Shown in pieces: positions 48,746 to 60,460 of a stretch of DNA of 64,000 nt. This stretch comes from Amphiscolops sp. MND2022 (lineage: Eukaryota). The DNA is taken from assembly GCA_964187785.1 (NCBI GenBank), contig OZ076420.1, forward strand, positions 31,744,001 through 31,808,000. Direction: 5' to 3'. The notes beneath the pieces were generated by a model. It was not told the DNA's origin. It made no database searches and saw only the letters and a list, made by a program, of their open reading frames with translations. Position 1 is the first letter of the stretch. Every line of letters starts with the position of its first letter. A program made the position numbers and the translations under genes.

Positions 48746-51382
48746 GGTCCCCCTTCGATTTTATTTGAGCCTTAGGTATAGCGCCGACTTGAGACGTTCC
48801 CGTCTTGTTTCTCGTGCAACGTCTTCCAAACTGATTTTGGGGTATCTGCCAGGTCGGCCAAGTCACAATTCGAGGTTTTTCAAAAGTTTTCAACAGGTGC
48901 CACCAAACAAAGGACGTTACACATATACGCTAAAAGTTATATTCGAAACCGCTATAAAAATAGTTCGAAATGAAACTATCCAGAGGCTCGATTCGGGTTC
49001 GTTGCTAATTCTTATGCTGAAGGGGAGCACTTCCCATCGAATTATGAAAACTCGAATTAGTAATTTTCCGAGGTTTTCTCAAACAGGTTACACAGTGCCG
49101 AAGTTTCGTGAACAAAAGTATCCTTAGGCTCCAAAAACGCGTTGTTTCAACTAAGAATATCTGAAAAACCAAAGGAGCGACCCTCTAGTGAACAAGAAAA
49201 CAATTGCACAGAGCGAAAAGAACGTTTATTTTTTAAAAAATTCGAAAACTCTTATCAGTCCCACACTAAAAAAACAAACATGCCGGAACGGTCCAAGTCG
49301 GCTCCCCATCCAACTTTTATTTTTAAACACCAAGATTCTTGAATATGCAATGCATATTTTTGTCAACATTTGACCAATTTCACTGACTGAAAAATACCCA
49401 AATAGATACGCATAAGATTCGAAAACCACTTTTCCTCCACTGGAAACAATTTTAATGGAAATGAATTTTTGAAATTTTTTTCTTTAGAAACAAGTCTCAT
49501 AGTGCCGAAAATGTTGCTTCATGCTCGCAAAACGCTTTTTTCAAGCTGAAAACATTCATGAAAGTGAAGCTGGTACACATTTTCACCAAAAGAAATATTT
49601 GAATGTTTATTTTCATATTTCATTTGAATTCAACGATTTTTTTCAGGTCACAGTCGCTGACCTTTTTTCTCCAGTTTCAGCGTTGCACAATTTGAGTATA
49701 CCATGTCGCGATTTTCTTCCATCATCACTCCAAGCCCGTGAACTGCATTGATTTCTCAAAACGTGAACGAATAGTAACCCAGAAACAACAAAGATTGCGA
49801 CTCTATTGCTATATTTGAAACTATTGCGGAAACTTCGCTGTAGAACCATACCGTGCGTTGCACTTGGGTGCTAATGCTATAAGCTAATAATAGTTGGTAA
49901 GTATATTAGAAACAGCAGACAAAAGAAACTGCAGAAGTTCGTCAAGAGCAAAAATTGATTGGTAAAAAACGATGAATGCAAAAAGTAATTGCGAGGAAAA
50001 TAAGTTGAAAAATTCAACCACAACTGCGTCTATAAAAGTTCCGTCCACAAAAAATATTATTTAACTGACATCGAAATTATTCTTTTCATAATACAATGAA
50101 GCCAATTCTCCAGTAAATCAATTTTTGGGGAAAACGTTCATTCAAGAAATATGACAAAAAATATATCACAATTAATTTCACCTCTCACGATGAAAAATGG
50201 GGTAAGAAAGGAATGTAGAAAGATTGGATAGATGATAAAAAAAATTGATTGAGTAAACTTCTTGAAGCTTTAGCAATTCCGAGTGAGTTCACCAACAAAT
50301 CAGTCAATGCGACGGAAATTTCAAAAACTTTCACTAAATTGAGCTAAATTAAAAGTTGTTTTTTGCTTACTCAACGTTTTTGATACTTTTCAAAGAAAAC
50401 AAAACAAATGTTCTCAGCTTTGAAAACACACTGAATTTACATCTAAAGGAGAAATAAAGCTTTCTTCGCACTCAGTGAAGGCATCCTTATTTGAAGTTTC
50501 TAAGTTTCATAGGTTTTGCAACAAAAAAATTTCCAAATGCTGGATCTTTTGGTTCCTGTGTGAACATTCTACATTGACTTCGAATATTGTAACATTTGAA
50601 AAAATAAAGTCAAATTTACTTTTGTAATAAAAAATCTCGTTTTTCATGTCCGCGAGCCTAGGTTTGCACATGCACTTGTTAAAAGTCTTTGCTCAAATTT
50701 AAAGGAGTTATTCATTTGAACTTCTCTGCTTCGGTTTTTCAACATTGGTTAAAATTGAGAAAAGTTGGTTTTGTGAGAATATTTTGAGGCCTTTTTTGAC
50801 AAAAACCTAAACACTCTCTTTTGAAAACGTACTGGATAGTTGTTTTGTTCGTCATTACTGGATACTGTAACTTCGAGAATGCTAGAAAATAGTTCAAAAA
50901 TTGCGAATGAATTGACATAAAAGAAATTTTTGTACTTTTTGGAAATGAACTGGGAATATTTTAAATTTCAAAACTTGAATCTTTTCCTTAGAATCTATAC
51001 TAAATAGCTTTTCAGTTCATTCCTGGACTCCGTGAATACTGGTAATAAAAATCGTAATATCCATAAATTAGACAAAAATTGCATCAACTGTGTCGAAAAA
51101 CGGTAATAGAAAGCATTTTGCTCGATTTGTGCATATTATTATTATTAAAGTTTCCGTGACAGTAGTTAACAGTTAGCAAAAGGAGTAGCAAGGTCAAAGA
51201 GGATCCGAAACAACACATTCAGTGTCAAAAATGTCGGATCCTTTAGAAAAATAGTCAACTCGGAAAACTTTTTAATAGCTACTGCTTGTGAAAAATGGTT
51301 AAAAAAAGAAAACTTTAATTCACAGATTAATACAAAGAAAAATTCATAGGTACTTCTTCGTTCGCTTGCTTCTACCACTTCT

Positions 51383-51567
51383 CGAGTTCCGCAATGGGAC
51401 TCGGTAACATCGCAATCTTCAGTATCGAATGTGTGGAGGGTCCGGTGACCAGCACCGGGAAGCCAACCACACAAAGAGTTTTTCTAACTCCCCTCCACGT
51501 AGCTTTCAGCTTGATCCCTTCGACGAGAGGTGGTCAAGTCTTACAGAAAGTTACGGGGAGTTAGAAA
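51383..51567 (+). ncRNA. Candidate structured RNA (three adjacent hairpins); identity unknown
   Basis: Stems 51383-51403, 51431-51472 and 51481-51567. G-U wobbles are compatible only with the plus strand. Confidence 0.35.
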
Positions 51568-52604
51568 CAGCTATTTAATGATCGAAAACAATGTATCATC
51601 ATGAATTAGTGATAAAAAATCTTTCAAGCTGTGAATTTTATCATTAACAGACCAATCAGTCAGTTCTACTAAATCGTTCGGGTACAGTCCTTCATCTATC
51701 AAAAAATTCAGTACCTTTGTAGCTCGGTAGCGTAATGAATGCTTTTCCCAGTTGTTAGATTGAGGAGGTAATTGAAAAAAGTTTTTTTATTGCCTCTAGA
51801 ACAACGATTGCTGTTTGTTCTTGTGTAGAGATTGTTCAGATGATCACTCGATACCTCTTTTCTGACACCGCTAAAAGCGAATTTGATGAGTTCATATAAA
51901 AACTTTTTCTTTAAAATGAAAGACCTCTGATTTCCTAACAAAGTCTCCTAAAACAAATTGTTCACTAACTATTTGAAGTTGGCGAAACTTGAAAAAAAAC
52001 GTTTTTTTTCTGAAACATTGGTTTTCTGTTTTAAGAGCATGTTGGATAGTCTATTGTGTAAACTTGAAACTCTTTTGGAAACCAATCAATGTTATGTCAG
52101 TTGAATTCTACGGGAGAACCCTTTTAATTTGGGTTTGACATTGCTACATGGAAAATTTTGGAACTAAACGCGGCTCAGTGAATAAATTTCCTTCCCCATA
52201 TTGAAATATGGGCGGCAAATAATAATAACTCTGGTGTGAATAAGCAGAACACTTTCCTAGGTGTCAATCTGAGAAAATGATTCAATCCAGACTGCAGCCA
52301 TATACTGATTGCCTATTTAAACGGAGTTGGGACCGACAGTCAAACAGACGACAACAATACACTGATTGCCTAATAAATTGAATTTGGCACCGACAGTCAA
52401 TCGGACTACAGCAACATATTGAAAAAATTTATTTTTGGTCAAAAAAGACTAGTTTTATCGTTTTATTATAATGTTCACATGTAAAGGAATGTAATACTTT
52501 ATGTACTCCAATTGCGAGGGAAACAAACACTGTGTTTGAAGAGAACATCATTCTGCAGACTCACGTTAGCCTGGGAGTGCTCAAAGGGAATTTGGCGCAA
52601 AATT

Positions 52605-52875
52605 GGACCTTCGGTCCGCGGGACTGCACTGGAACCACGAAGTCGAGTTAAGCCTGTAAGTGGACTTTCGGTCCGCGGGACTGCACTGGAACCACGAAGT
52701 CGAGTTAAGCCTGTAAGTGGACTTTCGGTCCGCGGGACTGCACTGGAACCACAAAGCCGAGTTAAGCCCAAAAGTGGACCTTCGGTCTGCGGGACTGCAC
52801 TGGAACCCCGAAGTCGAGATAAGCGCAAAAAGATCGGACCTTCGGTCAGACGGAGTGCAACGGAACCCCGAAGCT
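52605..52875 (+). repeat. 57-bp GC-rich minisatellite, ~4.5 units
   Basis: Unit ggactttcggtccgcgggactgcactggaaccacgaagtcgagttaagcctgtaagt. Confidence 0.95.
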
Positions 52876-52999
52876 GAAATTAATCGCAAAATGCGTCAAA
52901 ATCACTCCAAAAGGGAATCTAAACAATGTAACAGCAATCACTATAGCAGAGAGAATTCAAAAGACTCCCAAGTAGTGATTTTAGTTACGACAAATGTCA

Positions 53000-54170
53000 A
53001 AATATCTCCATGGAAAAAATGACACCTATCATTCCGATGTACACTGCTTGTGATGAGCTGGAACTATCGATTGGGAAAAGCGTTCTAATGTCTTTCGAGT
53101 TCAACAGTTCACGTGTGAAGCGGGTATGGAATGACAAAGAAATCACCTTGTTTCGAAATGAATTATTTAAACAGGATTTCTCGAATTTTCAATCTGTCGC
53201 CGAACTTGAGACATACGCTTTGGCGATAGTCAATGAAACCAACGCACCGTTAAGTAAATTGTCGCGACACTAGGGGCTCCTCAACTTTAAAAAAGAATTA
53301 GTTAGTCCAAGCAGTAGGTGGCTCAATAAAGGTTGTCAAATGCAACGCTACGAATACCGGAAGAAACCAGGTCTGTATATTAGGAGGGGTAGTCTTTCAG
53401 AACCAAGAGCGGCGACCAAGGAAAAGAAGCATTTCTTGAAGCAAGCAAAAAATGATCGGGGAAGCTGCTTCGAACAAACATTCTCAGATGAAACGCACTG
53501 ACCCTAAGAAATACTGTTAATTAATCCGAATTCTCGTGAGAAATTGAGATGAAGTACCCATCGAAGAACCAGTGAGTTTCCAAACTTTCAAACGCCAAAA
53601 CAGTAATTCGAACATTCCAGAGTAGAATTTAAGAACGCACCTCAGTATCAATACCGCTTTTTACCGAAATCGTGGACACCGGGGAGATGACTGACGACTG
53701 GGCGGTCGCCGTTAATCAGCCAATCTACAAAAAAGGTTACAAAACTGACCCTTTCAACTTCAGAGGTAAATAAATGACAAGCAGTGTGAGGATCGATGGG
53801 GTGTCTGTAGCTTTAAGGCACGGTGATTCGTTGTACCCACTTCTCTTCAGTTTTTTCGAATGGTTTCTTCCTTCTGCTGCGGAGTAGTTGCGGAGTCAGT
53901 CAAATGCAACTCCACAGCTGAGAACGTTAAAGTTTTTTCTCGAAAAGAACTGAAATACGCTTCATGGAAACGAATGTCTTTCCTCTGCACATACATTTCT
54001 ACCAATTATGCGAAACTAGCGATTACTCTCCATGTTGTGACTACAATGAAAAGCCACAGAACAGGTTGGTTTGTAGGTGTCGAGAATTACGGATTAACTC
54101 TGATGTACCAATTACTGGTAAATATGTTAACAATATAAGTGATGCTGAGTTCAGGTGATTCAGGCGACAA
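53000..54170 (+). mobile_element. Highly degenerate non-LTR retrotransposon ORF2 remnant (RTE/CR1-like)
   Basis: GEMTDDWAVAVNQPIYKKGYKTDPFNFRG (~53680-53765), resembling the pre-RT DW..A.I.PIYKKG...NYRG motif; LRHGDSLYPLLF (~53812), resembling LRQGDSLSPLLF. Confidence 0.6.
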
Positions 54171-54263
54171 TGTGAAGACCTAGCTCTTCAATAATGGCGA
54201 TTGAAACTTTGACTCTCCTATCATGGCGATTGAATGGATTAAAATCTACAATAATCTGTGAGT

Positions 54264-54845
54264 CTAACAAATGTGATAATCCTCCTCATCGGATTCTTCA
54301 TTAAGGATAACTGTTGCATCTAATGTTGTATCATTCTGGTGTATAGGTTTAGCGAGATGCCTTAATCCTCTCAATTCTGAGGCTTTAAGGGGGATATCTT
54401 CGTTTTCAGGGTCTAAACTTTCATTATCAGATGCGTTTACTCGCATAGATCCTTTACATCCGGATCCCGATGGTTGCATGTTTCCTATTTCGTTTATCTC
54501 TGATCTAGGATTAGTTGTCATGGATGTGCTTTTACTGGTTTTTATCTCCATCAGAATTGCATGTAGTTTGTTCTCCATTTCTTCTCTCATTTTGGTGATC
54601 CTATCGTTGTTTTTCTGTTCGAAAATCTCGGTCCAAGCTTAAGCTTGAATCTCATTACTGACTTGGCTGGGTTCAACTAGTCTGGGTCTCAAATCAGTCG
54701 GACCTAAACTTTCTTGACTTTGTAAATTAACATTAGTTAAAGTTTCATTACCTTGACTTGGAGTTTCTACGCGTACTTCGCTTGTTTTTTTCTCCGGGGA
54801 CGGAGTCTCTAACCTTCTGGACCATCGATTCCTCCTGTTTCCCAT
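54264..54845 (-). mobile_element. Probable LTR-retrotransposon ORF1/gag-like N-terminal fragment, frameshifted
   Basis: MGNRRNRWSRRLETPSPE...; coiled-coil-like KMREEMENKLHAILMEIK; frameshift at the aagctt duplication (~54635). Family call rests on composition and context only. Confidence 0.4.
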
Positions 54846-55173
54846 TTTGGTCAAGAGAAAAAATGGGTTGAAGTGCAGAAAGAATTTGAATTTATTCGTC
54901 AATGATGTGAAAACACTCCGGGTGAAACAAAGAGTTATCAAGGAAACTGCTTTTACAGTGGTAGGATTTACTGTTATGAAGCAACTGTCTCAGGTACCAG
55001 TTGTATTTCAACTGAAGTAAACTACACTTTTACAAATGAAAAAGTCATAAAGCATGACACTCAAGTTTAGGGTTGTCAGTGATTCAAAAATGCTATAAAT
55101 AAACTAATGTCAGACTGACGTAATTCTATTATTAACTTACAAGTAGTGATTGCATGACTTCCAATAATCTAAC

Positions 55174-57060
55174 TTGGAGTCGATGAAAGAACTTTGGAGT
55201 CGATGAAAGAACTTTTGGAGTCGATGAAAGAACTTTTGGAGTCGATGAAAGAACTTTTGGAGTCGATGAAAGAACTTTGGAGTCGATGAAAGAACTGAAA
55301 AACGGTAAAGCATGTGGCACAGACGGTTTGGAGTCGATGAAAGAACTGAAAAAGGGTAAAGCATGTGGCATAGACGGACTGTTCAAATGAGCAAAAAACT
55401 CACTTCGGACCTATTGCCCGGAACTGGCTGCTACAGTTCTACTGCAACTGTCTAGAACGGTGTCGAGTACCCAAACAATGGCAACATGCAAAAGTAATCG
55501 CTCTCCCTAAACCAAAGAAAGACCCAAGTAAGCCAGAAAATTACCGCCCCATCTCATTACTATCTCATGGATGATTGAAACTGTTCGCGCGATTCATCTA
55601 CAACAGAATCGTTGAACTCCTCGACCCTGCGATGATACCAGAGCAAGCTGGTGTCAGATCCGGAAAGAGTTTTACAGGACAAATTCTGTCAATGTACCAG
55701 CATATCGAAGATGGGTTTGAGAACAAACTTCTAACGGGAGCAGTGTTTGTAGATCTCACTGCAGCGTACGATACCGTCAACAAAAAATAATGCTCCAAAA
55801 ACTGTTCAAAATGACCCAAGACCGACATCTCACCTCCTTGATAGCAGAACTGATGTCTAATCGGCGTTTTTTGTTCAAATGGGTCCATGTAAAAGCAAGT
55901 GGAAAGTGGCGAAAAATAGTCTCCCCCAAGGAGGCGTACTGGCGCCTTTACTGTTCAACGTTTACACAAATGACCAGCCTCTGTCAACAGATACAAGAAG
56001 CTTCATATATGCTGATGACCGTGCCACGCTTGCTCAAGGTAAAAATAAACGCGAAGTGGAGGGAAAGCTGATGAAGTGCCTGTCAGTGCTTAGCGACTAT
56101 TATCATGCGAACAGGTTGAAAGCGAACCCCGGGAAAACAGTCAGTTGTATGTTCTACCTGAATAATCGCCAAGCCGCACATGCATTAGAACTTCAATGGA
56201 ACAGCGTCAAAATTGAACATGATGCAGGTCCCAAATATCTTGGAGTAACGCTAGACCGAACGTTGAGTTTCAAGCAACACTGTGAGAACTTTGCTGGTAA
56301 AATACAATCCAGAAACAACCTGCTTTCGAAACTAGCAAATTCGAGGTGGGGAGCTAACCCTCACGTAATGAGAACCACTGCAGGCACTCAGTGGCTGAAT
56401 ATGCATGCCCAGTCTGGCTCGACAGCACCCACTCAAAGCTCATCGATGTCTTTGACAAGCACTCAAAGAAAAACCTGCCGAAAAATAACAGGATGCATAA
56501 AAAGAACCACCATCAGTCAACTGTACAACCTTAGCGGGATAGCCCCGCCCTTGATACGGAGGAAATGCCATCTTATGACCGAGAAACAGAAACAGGAGAC
56601 TGACCCACGAAATCCACTGTATGGTGCGCTTCCATTGGATCGAAGACTCAAGTCAAGATACAGCTTTCTGAACAAAGAGTTTGCTCTCCAATTGCCACCT
56701 GAGAAATACAAAGAACGTTTCTGGCGTCTCCAAAACAAAAATAACTTCCACCCTACCAACTATCGCGAGGCCCTACCACCCTGAGGTTCCCTGAATGGTT
56801 CTTATGGAAAACACTGATTAGGCTTAGATGTCTGAAAGGAAGAAGCAAGGACACGCTAAAAAAGAGGGCGTAATCACAGACAACAAATGTGCTTTTGGTG
56901 AGGTGCAAACAATGGAGCACATTGTTCGAAGCAGCGGACTCACCATGGACCAGTTGTTCGAAGCTACTCCAGAAGCCGTGCAACTAGCTGAGAAGTGGCA
57001 AGCAAGCAACTCTTTGATTCAGACTTGTGGCATTGGGATGGACACGACGATGATGATGAA
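55174..57060 (+). mobile_element. 5'-truncated LINE reverse transcriptase, Ingi/Vingi-like, with frameshifts
   Basis: AKVIALPKPKKDPSKPENYRPISLLS, VFVDLTAAYDTV, LPQGGVLAPLLFNVY, YADD, KYLGVTLDRTLSF, C-terminal GEVQTMEH. 3' end gacacgacgatgatgatga (~57041-57059). Confidence 0.85.
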
Positions 57061-57544
57061 TAATCTGACTATACGACAGCAACGAATCCCTGGAAGACTG
57101 TAGGATGCTGCATATACGTCATCCAGTTTTGCTCACAGTGACGTATAATCAATCCTTATAAAAAGCACCAAAAATAAATGTTATAAGCACAATTCCGCAG
57201 GATGACGCATATACGTCACTCAGATTACCGCATGAAGACGTATTTTCATCAACACTAAACTTACACAGTAATGTGTCAATGACAATCTGTTCACAATTTT
57301 AGTTCAGAAATAGCACTAAACCATTCTAATTCGAACGTTTGAGATTGTATATGGTCGTTCATGTCAACAAAAGATGAAAGCATCAAAGTTTAAGCACTTG
57401 TTAAACTGTACCCGGTAAACTAATACGACTAAGAAGTTTACATGACAATTCCAAATTACGAAGTGAAAATTAAAGCAACATAAAACAAAAGAAGAGAAAA
57501 TTGGGAATGGTTTAAAGTTTCAGGTCTTTGAGATGTTTGTTCTT

Positions 57545-58636
57545 CCTCTTGAAGATGTCTAACTGTTCTCGTTTAGAGTTGTTGCACAGCTCCAGCACAA
57601 CTGTGGGGTTGTGACAGTCCTGCACTTTTAAACGAGAAGTGTGCAGCTTCAAAACCATCAATGAAAGCACGGGATCTTACACCGCGGTCCCTCACAGTCT
57701 CGGCGTCGTTGGCGGTTGCTATTAGAGACTCGCCCAAAGTTTCCTATGCTATTTGGTCATAGCATTTTCCACACCAATAGCAAAAGCCTGCAACGTGTGG
57801 CATTACAGTTGGGAACAATCTCTGCATCTGTTTTTCATTAGTCGGAGTCAGCAGTAAATTGGAACTGTGTTCCACATTGAAAGGGAACATGAGTACTTGT
57901 TGATTATTCGTAACAGGGGCTTGCTGAGGAATGTCCATTCTTCCCTCAATTGGAGGTATTTGTATCATCAAGGTGGCATTGTTATAGACTACCATATTCT
58001 CCGCCGTTGGTGGGTTCACATTGGTAGGGAAAATCATTTCTTGCTGGTTGTGTAGTTGCTTGGGTAGATCGTTTGCTGATGATTGTTGAAAACGTTGGGC
58101 TGTGGCATTTGGAAGTTGCTTGCGTTAGCCACAAAATTTGGTGGGAAGGTCGCAGCAGGCCAGTTTACGGGTACACATCTTTAAGAATTGTCACGAGGAG
58201 TTGGTAAAATCGCAGCTGTCGGCCTCCGATAACTGTTTGTTGAACCCCCTGCCCTGTGTGGAGACTCCCACGGTGACATTGGAGAATCCTCTAGCTCGGT
58301 GTCGATGAATGAGGTTGATGGGGACTCGTAATTGTGTTGGTCTCCCTCCATCAAATCCACTAATTGGCGCTCAGTTCTGGTCCCAGAGATGTCAATTATC
58401 TCGTCTTCCTCTGATCTTCTTGTTGGGGCGGGGAACAGAGAAGCTGTTGCCGCTCCCATGAAGGCAGTCATGACATCTGATCGGGGGCCACCCGGTCTGA
58501 ATCGATCCTCTATCTCCGACATATCTCCCGGATGAACAATGAATTCATCACCAGAGTCACTTAAGATGTCGATTAGCGCGGCGGACAAAGATGGTAGCAT
58601 TAATTCCTCCTCACGATTGAATTGTAGATTATCCAT
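57545..58636 (-). pseudogene. Element X minus-strand gene: acidic/Pro-Gln-rich N-terminus and a GFCYWC motif; one frameshift and one in-frame TAG
   Basis: ORFs 58181-58636 and 57744-58037. The frame continues after TAG 57744 (ETLGESLIATANDAETVRDRGVRSRAFIDGFEAAH). TATA-like TATATAAGG on the minus strand at 58828-58836. Confidence 0.5.
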
Positions 58637-59997
58637 GGGTTGCGTATGGTTAAATAGCTTCGAGAGAATGGAATTTATGGGTTTTACTCGTTTGGGGCTA
58701 TTACGATTCTGATTAAGATTTGTTTCAGATGGGTTACTGTTTCGGAAATTGCTGTGAGAACTTATGGTAGTCTTCTTGTCTTCTCCAGTGGACTGCGGTG
58801 AGTCATGATTTTGACCTCATCTCCCATCCTTATATAGAGTTTAAGGTAATGCGGTCGGGTATTTGAAAGAGATGAGATTGATCTGCTTCCGTCAATGGGT
58901 GTAAACAATTCAGTTTCAAATGATTCTCTCAGTTTCATCTCGTAAAATTACCTCTCTTGTTGCTCTCCATTTCATTGAATCGATGTTTTAATTGATTTAT
59001 CAACTATTTTCTTCCTTTTTAGGAAGATGAGCTAGGTTTACAATACAACTTTCATTCAAGGCATTTTGAACAGGGTTAATTCATCCAATATTACATGACT
59101 AGGTTGAAAGAACATATTGCAAAGTTGTAAAGAAAAGTTTAAAACTCGCTAACTAAATTATCAAACATAAGTTTATCTATCCAACGTTTTCATGACATCA
59201 CTAGTCTTCCACTTAAAAAGTGCTTAGGGACATGTAAATAGTGATATGTTTCACACATCAATTCCATAAAGGGGATCAAAATATGCTATTGTTGAATACC
59301 AGGTGATAATATTCTCTGGCAAGTTACAGTTTTATTAACAAACACATAGATATATTTCCATGCTTCCAATAATGGTTGTCTAATAGTTCACCATTTTGCT
59401 GAAGGAAGTCTGTCTAAATCACATGGATTGCAAATCTTGCCACGTAGTATTATTTGACTTCAAGCTGGCAATAATGAATTCTTTTACGTCATTTCTTCAT
59501 TGACCATTTTTTCTGCACTGTCCGCTGATGCATACAATTCCGCATAGTACCGCATACTCAGCATCTTGTGATTCCGCATGATGCCGCATAATGCTATACC
59601 TGGAATCCATAATTCCGCATTTTGCCGCATATTGTAAATTGTAGTACTGTATAGAAGCCAAATACTCTTCTCGTTCACTCTTGCTTGTAATGAGAATGGG
59701 TGATGAATCACTCATTTGTGTCAATTATGTAATCTTTCACTCTGGCAGAAGTGATTGACATTTAATCAACCAATCAGATTGGAGAACCACTCTATTTTCG
59801 GGAACGGTATCTGTCACATTTTGCTCTTTGGCCTGTACTTGTACGCCACGCCTTCTCAATTCCATGCAATTACACATTTCTTTCAACTCTTCGACTTCAG
59901 TCTTTTCATATTATTTCTGAAGAAAGTATGTCATAGTCGTAGTCATAGTCATTTTCTTTAACATTTTCCTCTTGAATATTGCACTCCCAGATTTCTT

Positions 59998-60192
59998 CTA
60001 AACGCAAATTGAAATTGTGTTTCCTTTATCCTGCATTGGATCATCGTTTACTAATCTCAATTTGTTGGTATCCTTTATTCGGGATGGAATCTTTTCCAGT
60101 CGGAGGAAATCGCGAAAAGACCAAATTTCGAGACGAGTGACAGGATTGTGGGGGTACAAATCTCCTACTGAGACTTCTCCAGGTTGGTTCAA
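59998..60192 (-). CDS. Small element X ORF (NQPGEVSVGDLYPHNPVTRLEIWSFRDFLRL...), function unknown
   Basis: Conserved at codon level with 439-594; the start shown is TTG. Confidence 0.4.
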   Translation of the reverse strand: MNQPGEVSVGDLYPHNPVTRLEIWSFRDFLRLEKIPSRIKDTNKLRLVNDDPMQDKGNTISICV

Positions 60193-60460
60193 CTTTTGTT
60201 TCGGGTTTTAATTTGTAGTGAAGTTTATTTTGGTTGAGAGATCGTCAAGCAGAGCTGGCCAAGCTTGCAAAATGGAGTAACTAATTCGCATTAGTTGATT
60301 TGTTTGATTTGGTGTGGAAATAGTTCTGTCACACATTGATTTTTTGGGGCGGAAGTAGCTTTGCAGTTTTTCACCGCGTCCGGTTTCAAAGTTAATTCAA
60401 GGCTACTTCCTGTAATTCTTTTGCTTTCGCTTCCGCTTTAAGCATTTGAATTTGTTTCAG

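Noticed and set aside
49091-49120. RSS-like CACAGTG followed by ACAAAAGTA
   Set aside because: The spacer is 14 bp, the nonamer is imperfect, there is no partner terminus, and it is far from the transposase. Other CACAGTG/CACTGTG hits (21709, 32298, 57136) lack nonamers or a matching orientation.
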